Shown here: positions 50,129 through 62,118 of the stretch, in pieces
Position numbering within the stretch: position 1 is the stretch's first letter
Layout: each line of letters opens with the position of its first letter
Assembly: GCA_051313645.2 (NCBI GenBank)
Contig: JBNRSN020000026.1
Location: 65,038,001-65,102,000 of the forward strand
DNA length: 64,000 nt
Direction of reading: 5' to 3'
Origin: Centroscyllium fabricii
Lineage: Eukaryota
Translations under genes and position numbers: made by a program
Notes under the pieces: model-generated
The model's database searches: none
Told to the model about the DNA's origin: nothing
What the model saw: the letters and a program-made list of their open reading frames with translations, nothing else

Positions 50129-51220
50129 ACCTATAACATGGGTTATATGTTAAGTACAGCTCCCTCGACCGTCTCCCAGTAATGTGCCTAATGACTAAGT
50201 TTAGATGATCACCCACTACTACACAGTTTACAACCAATTATTACCAAATTATGATTAATTTTCTGGTGCAGACAGGCAACCATTAGAAGCCGAATTGAGA
50301 CAGTTCAAAATTTATTACCCATAGGTGCAGAGAGAGGAAACTTTCATTCCATAAGTCTGGACTGAGTTCAAACCCAGGGTCCCAGAGGTGAAGGGACAGA
50401 GTTCTAACTGTACAATACCACCGAGCCCCTGGTGGCTGTATAAGCCAAGACAAACATAAGCGCGACGCAGCCAGAATAAGCTGCACTTTTTGTATCGTAG
50501 GATAAAGATAAAATTCATGTTCATTAACATTTACTAAATTACACAGAAAAAGAATCAAGTTCGCAGAATCATTCCCTTCTGAAGACGGAACTTCTGTGTC
50601 AATAGAAGCGGCCATCTTGCAGCCACACCAGTCTCTACCTTAATTCAATTAGTGCAGCCAAAATCAGAATTGAATCCTGAAAGGGTTAAGGAATACACTG
50701 ATAATACAGTCTCATAAATGTTGTGATTTACATAGCAAACCTCTGCTGAAATAGGAAACCTCAGAGTTCTGATTAAAGGCATTTGGTACTTTGTCTTGCA
50801 TTCCCTTGATACCATTAGTCAACACAAATCTGTTTATTGTGCTTAATTTATACAATACACTGTCTTCACCTTCATCTCCATCGTGGTTTTTATGTACGAG
50901 AAAACAATTTTTAAATTATTGGCAGCAACAATGTGCCTCCAGCTATGTACAGTATAACTCTCAGTATTGTAAAGATTTCCCAGGAGTACCATTACTATAC
51001 CACTAGGGGGTGCTCACAGCTCTTAGGCGGCGATGAAGCTGGAAGCCCTGGTGGTTGCGAGAGCCCAGAGTGGTCATTCCTGGGAAAGTGCCTTCGACAG
51101 CAAAACTGGAGAACAGGAGCATTCTTTCCTGGTATATGTAACATTGTGGCAGGTTCACCATCCGTTGTATATAAATGTATATGATATCCATGTATATAAT
51201 TCCCTCTAACAGACTCCTAA

Positions 51221-51572
51221 CAGCCTCGGGTACTATCTGTGTGGAGTTTGCACATTCTCCCCGTGTCTGCGTGGGTTTCCTCCGGGTGCTCCGGTTTCCT
51301 CCCACAGTCCAAAGATGTGCGGGTTAGGTTGATTGACCATGATAAATTGAGCCTTAGTGTTAGGGGGACTAAATATGTGGGGTTACGGGGATAGGGTGGG
51401 ATATGTGTCGGTGCAGGCTCGGTAGGGATCGAGGGATATGGGGAGAAGGCAGGGACAGGGTACTGGGTTTGGATGATCAGCCATGATCTCATTGAATGGC
51501 GGAGCAGGCTCGAAGGGCCGAATGGCCTACTCCTGCTCCTACCTTCTATGTTTCTATGTTTTTATGTTTCTA
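51221..51572 (+). mobile_element. HE1-like V-SINE, 5'-truncated long-tail form
   Basis: V domain plus extended CR1 tail. Confidence 0.88.
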
Positions 51573-51616
51573 ACACCATTCGGACATTCAGCCATGGTGT
51601 TTGGCACAAATGTAAC

Positions 51617-51828
51617 TGTTATTGTATCTTTCATATGTACGGGGCGTGTCCCCTTTAAGGGCGCAGGAAACGCGGACCCACGTGATGACACGTGATGACG
51701 TCATCACGTTGGGCGCGGGATTGTACAGCCAGTATCTTTGACGACTGCTTTGAGTAAAGACCTGCTGTTTATTGTTCCTCTGTGTGGACCTCGATTCTTT
51801 AGCTAAGAATCTGCCGATTCCTACAACA
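51617..51828 (+). mobile_element. Probable solo LTR
   Basis: TGTT...AACA ends, CCCCTTTAAG, TGACGTCA, AGTAAA; no clear TSD. Confidence 0.5.
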
Positions 51829-52467
51829 TTGTCGCACCATCTGCAGCCAATCCATAATGGTACAAGCTGACAAGAACTTGAGCCAAACAGCCACCTTAAC
51901 TTGTAAATACACAGAAGTAATCTCTCCCAGTGAGTTCCCTTATTTCTCCTTTTGTTAACTTTATCCATTTTAATTCAGTAATATTCTTTCATCTCTGTTA
52001 TCCCACTTTGGTTTCTCTGTTTTACTCCTGAATGAATGTCACAGGGAGATCCTTTGTTAAAAAAGAGCTTCGCGTATTTATATTTACCCCATTTCTGTTA
52101 TTTTTGGGTTTAAAATTCACAAGAGTCGAATGAGACTGAGATTAGAAGCAATATTTTATTCCCACGGAGTAGCGGATATTTACAACAAACTTCAAGCAAA
52201 AGCAGAAGAGGTTTAACTCATTTAAATGGAATTGATAAATATCAGTTTGGGAACAGGATTGGTGGTTGGAGGGAAGATGTAGGCTGAGATGGGCAAAAAG
52301 TCCATGGGACTCCTGTGTTATTGTGGCATGGGTAGGGAGAATGCTGTTTCTAGAGGGCAGCAGACCAGGGTTGAATGAAGGATGTTGTGAGGATGAATAA
52401 ATATACTGCTATTTTATTTCCTGACCTTGGGGGGATCTGAGAGTATTTATACTGAGCTTTCCTTCAG

Positions 52468-52783
52468 GGGGCACACAGTGGCATAGTGGTTAGCACTGTT
52501 GCCTCACAGTGCCAGGGGCCGGGTTCAAATCCGGCCTCGGGTGACTATCTGTGTGGAGTTTGCACATTCTCCCCGTGTCTGCGTGGGTTTCCTCCGGGTG
52601 CTCTGGTTTCCTCCCACAGTCCAAAGATGTGCGGGTTAGGTTGATTGGCCAGGATAAATTGACCCTTAGTGTTAGGGGGATTAAATATGTGGGGTTACGG
52701 AGATAGGGTGAGATGTGTGTCGGTGCAGGTTCGATGGGCCGAAATGGCCTCTATCTGCACTGTAGGGATTCTAGGATTCTATG
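52468..52783 (+). mobile_element. HE1-like V-SINE, short-tail form
   Basis: tRNA head, V domain, tail CTGCACTGTAGGGATTCTA. Confidence 0.9.
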
Positions 52784-52897
52784 ATATCAAATGGGTGGAG
52801 TGGAGTCCGAGATAGTGTCTATTGAAGGGATAGCCTTGGTGAACTGATGTAAGAAGTCACACAACACCAGGTTACAGTCCAACAGCTTTATTTGAAA

Positions 52898-52934
52898 TCA
52901 CAAGCTTTCGGAGCGCTGCTCCTTCGTCAGGTGA
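52898..52934 (-). ncRNA. Minimal type I hammerhead ribozyme motif, intact consensus
   Basis: Minus strand TCAC CTGACGA A GGAGC-AGC-GCTCC GAAAGCT T GTGA: stem I TCAC/GTGA, CUGANGA and GAAA cores, palindromic AAGCTT in place of stem III. Confidence 0.78.
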
Positions 52935-53080
52935 AGTGAAGAGATGCATATAAACACAGCATATATAGTCAGAGAACACTGCCAGATGATTACAGGTAAT
53001 CTTTCCAACTGCCCTTTACCTGTAATCATCTGGCATTGTTCTCTGACTATATATGCTGTGTTTATATGCATCTCTTCACT

Positions 53081-53117
53081 TCACCTGACGAAGGAGCAGC
53101 GCTCCGAAAACTTGTGA
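53081..53117 (+). ncRNA. Hammerhead motif, mirror copy with one stem III substitution
   Basis: TCAC CTGACGA AGGAGCAGCGCTCC GAAAACT T GTGA. Confidence 0.6.
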
Positions 53118-53290
53118 TTTCAAATAAAACTGTTGGACAAAAACCTGGTGTTGTGTGACTTCTTACATTTGTCCACCCCAGTCCAACACCGGCATCGCCA
53201 CATCTTGGTGAACTGAAGCAACATTCCCCAGCTGAGAGTACAGGAAGGCAATTTGGTCACAGGTTTTTTACCCATGCTAATTGTCCACTA

Positions 53291-53870
53291 CATAAGAACA
53301 TAAGAACATAAGAAATAGGAGCAGGAGTAGGCCAATCGGCCCCTCGAGCCTGCTCCACCATTCAACAAGATCATGGCTGATCTGATCCTAACCTCAATTT
53401 TATTTTTACTCTCCACCCCGCCCAGACCAATGTGATCACCTGGGAGAGGTGAAAAACCAGATTTAAAAAAACAGTAGCCAATTTGGGAGAAAAAAAATCA
53501 GGAAAATTCCTCTCCGACCCATCTAGGCGATCGAAAACTGGTCCAGGAGATCACATGGCCGATCTGAACCTAGCCTCACATCCACTTACCTGCCCGCTCA
53601 CCATAACCCCTAATTCCCTTTAATTCCAGGAAACTGTCTATCTCCGTTTTAAATTTATTCAACGTAGTAGCTTCTACAGCTCTCTGGGGCAGCAAATTCC
53701 ACAGCCGCACCACCCTCTGAGTAAAGAGGTTCCCCCTCATTTCAGTTTTGAAATGGCAGCCCCTTATTTTAAGATTATGCCCCCTAGTCCTAGTCTCACC
53801 CACCATTGGGAACATCCTCACCGCATCCACCCGATCAAGCCCTCTCACAATCTTATATATTTCAATAAGA
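53291..53870 (-). mobile_element. CR1 3' fragment with extended 3' UTR
   Basis: ORF 53576..53848; near-identical to 16830-17404. Confidence 0.9.
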
Positions 53871-53954
53871 TAGAAGGTGCAAAGACTAGTCCAGGGTCAT
53901 CCAGAGCCATCCTGTGTTCCTTGAATTTCTCGTAATGTCTCTCAATGTCTCTTA

Positions 53955-54197
53955 ATCTCCCCGCCTTCTATCCCATCGCTGACCTTCCCTTTGTTCTTTC
54001 ACCCCCTCCCCCTTTCCCCAGCCCCTACTTGCTTTAAAATCTCTCCCCTCTCCTGTTTTCTCCAGTTCTGACGAAAGGTCGTCGATCTGAAACGTTGACT
54101 CTGTTTCTCTCTCCACCGATGCTGCCTGGCCTGCTGAGTTTTTCCAGCGTTTTCTGTTGTTATTTCGGATTTCCGGCATCCGCAGCATTTTGCTATC
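53955..54197 (+). mobile_element. Penelope terminal fragment with hammerhead motif at 54064-54100
   Basis: AGTT CTGACGA A AGGTC-GTC-GATCT GAAACGT T GACT; 3' part homologous to 28005-28100. Confidence 0.75.
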
Positions 54198-54668
54198 ACA
54201 CTGGCTTGCTCTTGCACGACACCTGGCAGTTGATTTTTATGCTGCCTCGACATGAGGAAACACAATGGCCCAGAAATTCCGTTCGCAGCCCTGCCTCGAT
54301 TTGCGGTGGGCTGCGATTTGGAAAAATTTCCGCCTGGACCGGAGCTCCGTTGCTGGGCCTCTTCAAACTGCCAGTGTGCAGGGCACACGTATCCCAGGGG
54401 CGCAGCTAATTTGCAGCGTCCCCATGGAACACGTGGGCCATGGGGAGCCAATCAGAGCAGGGAATCGCCATTCATAGATTTGACAGGAAGACCTGGGAAT
54501 CTATGAATAGAGGTCGGCCCCAAAACATAAGTAAAACTTCAAATACATTTTTTTATCACATTTTTAAAATGACTGTAAATTACATAAATTAACTATTTTA
54601 GACAATTGTTAAAGTTTTTAACGGGGCTAAAAATAAACTTACCTTGCTTCCTTGACAGATCAGAAACT

Positions 54669-55692
54669 CAATTCAATTCAATTAAATTCAATTCAATTTT
54701 ATTGTCATTAAGAACATAAGAAATAGGAGCAGGAGTAGGCCAATCGGCCCCTCGAGCCTGCTCCGCCATTCAACAAGATCATGGCTGATCTGATCCCAAC
54801 CTCAATTTTATTTTAACTCTCCACCCCGCCCAAACCCATGTGATCACCCGGGAGAGGCGAAAAACCAGATAAAAAACCCAGTAGTTAAAAAACCCAGTAG
54901 AAAAACATTGCAGTGTACTGGTACAATACAACAAAACGAAGACTCGCCGCTCCTGAGAGTAGTGCAAATAAGTTACATACAATAAAGTACATTTCAGGTG
55001 TGCAGATACTGGAGTTTTTTGTTAGAGTTCAGGAGGCTGACAGCCCTGGGGAAGAAGCTGTTCTTGAATCTGGTCATGCGGGTGCGAATTGTCTCCCGGA
55101 GGGCAGGGGGGCGAACAGACTATGGCTGGGGTGTGTGGGGTCTTTAATAATGTTCTGAGACCTCCGTAGGCAGTGTTTGAGGTAGGTGCATTCAATTGAT
55201 GGCAGCTGGGTGCCGGTGATTCGTTGGGCAGTTTTGACTACCCGCTGCAGGGCCTTCCGGTCCGAGATGGTGCAGTTTCCATACCAGACTGTGATGCAGT
55301 TTGTCAGTATGCTTTCGATTGTGCAGCGGTAGAAGTTGGTGAGGATGCCAGCTGTCAGCTTGGCCTTTTTCAGCTTCCTTAGGAAGTACAGGCGCTGTTG
55401 GGCCTTCTTTATCAGAGAGGAGGTGTTTAGTGACCAGGAGAGGTCTTCCTAGATGGGGACCCCGAGGAACTTGAAGCTGGACACCCTTTCCACCTCAGCC
55501 CCTTGGATGAGGATGGGGGTGTGTCTTCTGCTTTTAGTCTTCCGGAAGTCCACTATTATCTCCTTGGTTTTCTTGGTGTTCAGTGCCAGGTTGTTGTCGG
55601 CACACCATCCCACAAGGCGCTGAATCTCATCCCTGTAGGCGGACTCATCGTTGTTGGTGATCTGGCCAACCACCGTGGTGTCGTCCGCACAA
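54669..55692 (-). mobile_element. Rex1/Babar-like LINE 3' fragment with a CR1 3' UTR piece inserted at about 54710-54900
   Basis: ADDTTVVGQITNNDESAYRDEI...LNTKKTKEIIVDFRK...VSSFKFLGV; (ATTGA)n tail on the minus strand. Confidence 0.85.
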
Positions 55693-55769
55693 GTGATGCG
55701 CAGTGCATGTCTGAAACCGGCATTTCTGTTGGCCCTACGGCTGAGTACACAACGCGTACACACCCGTAG

Positions 55770-56444
55770 GGGCCAGAATTTCTGCCTCAATGGCCTGTAT
55801 ATGGCAAGCGCATGTGCTGAAAACTGACATTTCCGATCTGTCAAAAATCCCCTTGACAGATCACACACCTGCCCGAGAGGAGGGCCTCCGCGGGCAGAGA
55901 GTTCTGCTTTCTGCAGACCCTCCGCCCGCTGAACTCACTTAAAAATCTTACGCCTGGTAAAAGCAGTTTAAAAAAGTAAAAAAAAATGTTTTCACTCATT
56001 TATAATTTTAAAATATTTGTTAAAAAGCTAAGTTTATTTTTAGTCCTGTAAAAACTTTAATTATTTTTTTGAAAAAATTAAAAAAAAAATTAAATATTTA
56101 ATTTAATGTATTTTGAACTAATTTTAAAATCGTGATGGTTTAAAAAATGTATTTAATGTTTTGATGTCTTTTTTCAATGATCCCCATTCATATATTTGAC
56201 AGGTCGATCTGTCAAAAGTATGAAGGGAGATTCCCTTCTTTCATTGGCCGGCCTGGCTCACGTGATCCCAGAGACGCTTGCAAACTGCCTGCGCCCCTGG
56301 GATACCTGGGCCCTGCACATTTCGTCATGGTGCAGCCCAGGATCGGAAATGGCCGAACCTCAGGAGCCCTCAGGTAAGGGTGTAGGTTCTTTTCTGCTAG
56401 GAGGCCTCCACACACAGGAAGCATCCGATCGGAAAATACGGCCC
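55770..56444. mobile_element. PIF/Harbinger-type MITE
   Basis: GGGCCAGAATTTC / GGAAAATACGGCCC ends; inverted homolog of 19817-20864. Confidence 0.65.
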
Positions 56445-56705
56445 ATAGTGTCCTGGTATCCCCACAAACCACTTACCCAAGGCTGACACTTGCTATATAG
56501 AAATTACAGTGAACCGATATTTACAAACTTGCTGTGCAATTGGGTTGCTAACAGGCAGGAATCTATGTTGAGGCATTGCACTGAGGCATGAGAAATATCC
56601 TTTTTCTCAATATTTTTTATATTTTTCTCGGGATGTGCCCGGCGATGGAAAAGCCATATTTGATGCCCATTCCTATATGTCCTGAGAAAGTGTGGTGGGC
56701 CTTTT

Positions 56706-58165
56706 CATAGCATCATAGAAGTTTACGGGAAAGAAGGAGACCATTCGGCCCATCGTGTCTGTGCCAGCTGAAATAGAGCTCTCCAGCCTCATCCCACTTT
56801 CCAGCTCTTGGTCCGTAGCCCTGTAGGTTACGGCCCCTCTAGTGCATATCCAAGTACTTTTTAAATGTGATGAGGGTTTCTGGCTCTACCACCCTTTCAG
56901 GCAGTGAGTTCCAGACCCCCACCACCCTCTTGGTGAAACTTTATTTCCTCAACTCCCCCTAATCCTTCTACCAATTACTTTAAATCTGTGCCCCCTGGTT
57001 ATTGACCCTTCTGCTAAGGGAAATAGGTCATAGAATCATAGAATCATAGAAGATAGGAGCAGGAGTAGGCCATTCAGCCCTTCGAGCCTGCTCCGCCATT
57101 CAATGAGATCATGGCTGATCTTTAGCAAGCTAGTACCCCGTCCCCGCCTTTTCTCCGTAACCTTTAATCCCTTTAGCTTGAAGAAATATATCTAATTCCC
57201 TCTTGAATATGTTTAATGAACTGGCCTCCACCGCCCTCTGTGGCAGGGAATTCCACAGGCCCACCACTCTCTGAGTGAAGAAATTCTTCCTCATGTCTGT
57301 CCTAAATGGTTTACCCCTTATCCTTAGACTGTGGCCCCTGGTTCTGGACTCCCCCGCCATTGGAAACATTCTCTCTGAATCTAACCTGTCCAGACCTTTC
57401 AGAATTTTATACGTCTCAATGAGATCGCCTCTCAATCTTCTAAACTCCAACGAGTACAAGCCCAGACTACATAATCTCTCCTCGTAGGTCATTCCTGCCA
57501 TTCCAGGAATCAGCCTGGTGAAACGCCGCTGCACTCCTTCCATGGCAAGAACATCCTTCCTCAGGCGAGGCGACCAGAACTGTACACAATACTCAAGGTG
57601 TGGTCTCACCAGTGCCTTGTACAGCTGCAGTAAGGTATCCTTATTCCTATACTCGAACCCTCTTGATAGGTCCTTTCTATCCACTCTATCAAGGCCCCTT
57701 ATAATTTTATACACCTCAATAAGATCTCCCCTCAGCCTCCTCTGATCCAAAGAAAACAACCCCAGCCAATCCAATCTTACCTCATAGCTAAAATTCTCCA
57801 ACCCTGGCAGCATCCTCGTAAATCTCCTCTGCAGCCTCTCTAGTGCAATCACATCTTTCCTGTAATGTGGTGACCTGAACTGCACACAGTACTCTAGCTG
57901 TGACCTAGCTAGTGTTTTATACAGTTGAGGCATAACCCCCCCTGCTCTTGTATTCTATGCCTCGGGCAATAAAGGAAAGTATCCCGTATGCTGGCAACCA
58001 CCTTATCTACCTGTCCTGCTACCTTCAGGGATCTGTGGACGTGCACTCCAAGGTCCCTCTGTTCCTCTGCACTTCTCAGTATTCTATCATTTATTGTGTA
58101 TTCCCTTGCCTTGTTAACCCTCCCCAAATGCATTACCTCACACTTCTCTGGACTGAATTCCATTT
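56706..58165 (-). mobile_element. Older CR1 3' fragment hosting a younger CR1
   Basis: ORFs 57909..58163 and the 5' part of 57130..57933; tail at about 56706. Confidence 0.88.
57030..57665 (-). mobile_element. Young CR1 3' fragment
   Basis: Nearly identical to 40708-41352; 7-bp TSD ATAGGTC (57023, 57666). Confidence 0.92.
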
Positions 58166-58205
58166 TTCCTTGAATCCCTGCAGTGCCTATAGCGATAGTG
58201 CTAGC

Positions 58206-58699
58206 GGGGAGGTGGTGGCGTAGTGGTTATGTCACTCGACTAGTAAGCCAGAGGCTCAGTCAAATGCTCTGATGATATGGGTTCAAATCCCACCACGGCA
58301 GCTGGTGGAATTTAAATTCAATTCAATTTAATTCTGGAATTAAATGTTAGTCTTAGTAATGGCGACCATGATACCATTGTCGATTGTTGCAAAAACCCAT
58401 CTGGTTCACTAATGTCCTTTAGGGAAGGAAATCTGCCGTCCTTACCTGGTCTGGCCTACATGTGACTCCAGACCGACTGCAATGTGGTTGACTCTTAATG
58501 CCCTCTGAAATGGCCTAGCAAGCCACTCAGTTGTAAACAACCGCTACGCAACATTGTGGGTGTACCTACACCATATGGACTGCAGCGGTTCAAGAAGGTG
58601 GCTCATCACCATCTTCTCAAGGGCAATTAGGGATGGGCACCAAATGCAGGCCTAGCCAGCCAGCGACGCCCACATCCCATCAACGACTTAAAAAAAAAG
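58206..58699 (+). mobile_element. tRNA-headed SINE, copy of 23139-23628
   Basis: Direct sequence similarity along its whole length. Confidence 0.85.
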
Positions 58700-58719
58700 T
58701 GCTCCCACATTGAGTTAAA

Positions 58720-59830
58720 TAGGGTATTCCAGAATAGTGACCAGTGATGATGAAAGAACACTGATATTTGGCCAAGTCAGTGTATGAATTAGTGGGGGAA
58801 CTTGGGAGGTGCTGGTGTTCCCATGATAGGCTGCTGCTCTTTCTGGCGGTAGATGTCATAGATATGTTGAAGTAACTTTGGTGGATATTGAGCCCAGTGG
58901 CAGGGACACCGATCAAGAGAACTGCTTTGTCCTGGCTGGTGTTGAACTTCTTGAGTATGTGTGGCTGCATTCAGCCAGATGAGTGATAAGTATTCCCTCA
59001 CACGCCTGACTTGTGCTTTGGAGAGGCTTTGCGGGGTGAGCAGGTGAGCCACTCGTAACAGAGTGCCCAGCTTCTGCCCGACTCTTGTAGCCACAGTGTT
59101 AATATGGCTCGTTCAGTTCAGCTACTGGTCAATGATGACCCTCCACGATGTTGTTGATAGGGGATTAATGTTTCCTCTATTCTTATTTTTGTCCGCGGTC
59201 CTTTTCCATTTGTTGCATGGCCGCGCATGCACAGTATCTTCCAGCGACAACAGCTTGTGAGCGGCCTACGTGGGACCTCCGGATTGATGCGCGGTCACGC
59301 GCCCATGCACCTTAGGGGGAACGTTGCAGGGGGCTCGGCAATGGTGGTTCCATTGACGGACAAGAGAACTGCTCTGTCCTGGCTGGACTTCCTCTTGTTC
59401 AAGATGGTCATCAACTGCCACTTATGGGGTGTAAATGTTATCTGCCACGTTTCAGCCCAAGCCAGGATGTTATCCAGGTCCTGCTGTCGGCTGGCATGGG
59501 CTGCTTCATTATCGCAGGAGTTATGAATGGTGTTAATATTGTGGAATCATCAGCCAGCAGCCCTAATCCTGGCTTTATGATGAGGGAAGATCATTGGCGA
59601 AGCAGCCGAAGATGGTTGGGCAGAGGACACCTCCCCGAGGAACGCCTGCGGCGATGTGCTGGGACTGTGATGACTCGTCCCCGACATCAACAGCCAACTT
59701 TCTTTGTGTCGGGTATGACTCCAGCCATTGGAGGGTTTTCCCTTTAACCCTCACTGAGTTCAGTTTTGCTAGGGTTCCTTGGTGCCATAATCTGTTGAAC
59801 ACTGATGACGTTGAGGGCGGTTATTCTTAC
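58720..59830 (-). mobile_element. Highly decayed LINE RT region of the 15158-16762 family
   Basis: FNRLWHQGTLAKLNSVRVKGKTLQWLESY...GVPRGGVLCP; possible small hAT MITE inside at 59166-59326. Confidence 0.7.
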
Positions 59831-59942
59831 CTCCCTTCTGTGGGTTTGCAACGACTGTGTTACATAAAATGCATTAAATTCTTTGAGACAGCAATTTAAA
59901 TTATTCAGAGAACATTTCGGGTCCTTTATCGCTACTCCCTTA

Positions 59943-60671
59943 TGCCCTAGTTTCACTGGAGGCTACGAATTCCCGAATCGTGCCGATTGTGAAATTTGGC
60001 CGATTCGTGGGTCATTCTTGCAATTCGTAGTGAATTCGTAGTAGATTCGTAGCGGAATCGTAGAGTTCGCGGTAGTTCGCGGGAGTTCTTTGAGTTTTAA
60101 AGAAAGTTTTTGTTTGTCAAAAAATTTCGTAGGAGGGTTCACGAATGTCCAATTCGTGATAGATTCGTAAACAATTCGTGACCCATTCTTACCGTTCGTG
60201 ACCCTTTCTTACCGTTCGTAACTGATTCGTAGTGGATTCGTGGTGCATTCTTGGCTATTCTTGGGCATTCTTGATTTTCTCAAATTCGTGGAAAAATGCC
60301 GAATTCACCACGAATGCCCACGAATGTCCACGAATGTCCACGAATGCACTACGAATGCACTACGAATGCAATTCGTAGATAATTCGTAGCTAATTCGTAG
60401 AATTCGTAACTTATTCGTGGAGTTCGTAGTGGATTCTTAATTAATTCTTGCAATTCGTGGTGGATTCGTGAGTGATTCGTACCTCATTCGTAAAATAATT
60501 CGTGATAGATTCGTAACCTTGTCCAGAATCGCCAAGAATTCACCAAGAATCGCCAAGAATCAACCAAGATTTTTTGCATTTCTTGCAGAATCCCCAAGAA
60601 TCGCCAAGAATTTCGATTCTTGACGATTCTTGGGATACTTGGCATTCTTAGCCTCCAGTGAAACTAGGGCA
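59943..60671. mobile_element. PIF/Harbinger MITE with internal repeat array
   Basis: Perfect 23-bp TIR TGCCCTAGTTTCACTGGAGGCTA; TTA TSD; dozens of ATTCGT/ATTCTT motifs. Confidence 0.9.
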
Positions 60672-62118
60672 TTATGTCAAATGTCATTCAAAGAGCTTAT
60701 TCTGTAAAGAAATGAGGCTGAGATAGTTAGGATCAAGGGCTTGTCCGTGAACCCCGAAATTGGATTACGCTCTTAACGTCACTGAGACACATCTGGCAAT
60801 ATTTACAATGTGCAGTGATTTTTTTATATAATTCATATATAATAAGGTTTATATTTCAGTGAAGGTCATAAAGCAAAAGACAGGTGTGTTTTCATTGGCC
60901 ATAATACCATTGATGAAGCCTGATTTAAAGCAATGCTGCCTGCTGTAAAACCTCACCGACTGAGCTTGTAATGTAGTACCTCTCAAACGCTTCGGTTTGT
61001 GTAGCATTACTTGGTTACTTTTGAGCAAAGAATTACAGAAAATTTATTATCTGCTCTACAGCTTGTTGGTATTCTTTATCATATTATTTAGTGCTTAGCA
61101 CATTAAAGGGGAAGGAAAGGCTGTGGGGAATAATTCCTGGCCGAAGCACTCCTTTATCTTTCTCCGTTTCTCTTTAAAGCAATCTCTTTGAATCAACAAT
61201 GTTAAAAAAAACTTGGCAACCAGCAGCAATTTGAAAACCAGGGTGGGCTAGTGAAAGACTGACCAGGTGGCAGCATTACTCTTCAGCAATATCTTCTGTT
61301 TTTTACATCCATTTATGGACTCGGGGACTAGTCATTAATTGATCTCTGCTCTGCTTCAGCAATGCTGGTTACCGGAGTGGCCCACGTTTATCATGGAACC
61401 TGGGGAGGAAGGGGGCTGATCTGACGCCGTCTTGCCCTCTTAAAGAAAACACTTCCAGTTGAGTATCCGAGGACCTCCGGATTGTTCTGAAGTGCCAGCT
61501 CCCAATAAAATCAGCAGAACTGCACCAGTCAACCCTGTGATCTACATCACCAGAGAAACTCGGGGCGGGGTGGGGGGGGGGGGGGGAGCACAGACCCAAA
61601 ATGGTGAGTCTCCGTCAGCCCAAAATAGACCAGGAAAAAAAATGGATGGTATCCCTAAAATATAAGAGATATTGGCCTAGAAATTTGGTTGTGCAGTGCC
61701 TGCTTTTAGGGCACCAGATGGATTCCTAAACCTCAAATATGACTTGTATGAAGCGCACGCTCATTACGAGCTGGAAGTGTGCCACCCGCCATTTTGGTAA
61801 AAGCCAAACAAACGGCGTCCAGGGCACATGCTTGAAACAGGCGTTAGGCTCTTTGCGTATGCAAATAAGGGGCCTAACAACTGTCGGGAGCCCCCTCGGC
61901 AAGATTGGTTTGCCCTGAAGCCCTCAGGAAAACCAGATGTACATGCTGCCTAACAGGCGGTCTCTTTAAGAGACCGCCTGTTAGGCTGCAACCAACAAGG
62001 TAAGATTTTAAAATATACTTACCCAAATGTGGAGCACATTCAAAGCACAGATCACAGGCATAAACGGGAGGTATGTTTACACTCAAAGTTGGCCTACCTT
62101 ACCTGCCCTCACCTGGAC

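Larger units (their letters stand above)
52848..53203. mobile_element. Penelope-derived fold-back element
   Basis: About 150-bp inverted arms (52848-52999 / 53016-53167), short loop, 36-bp extension; 13-bp TSD CTTGGTGAACTGA. Confidence 0.9.
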
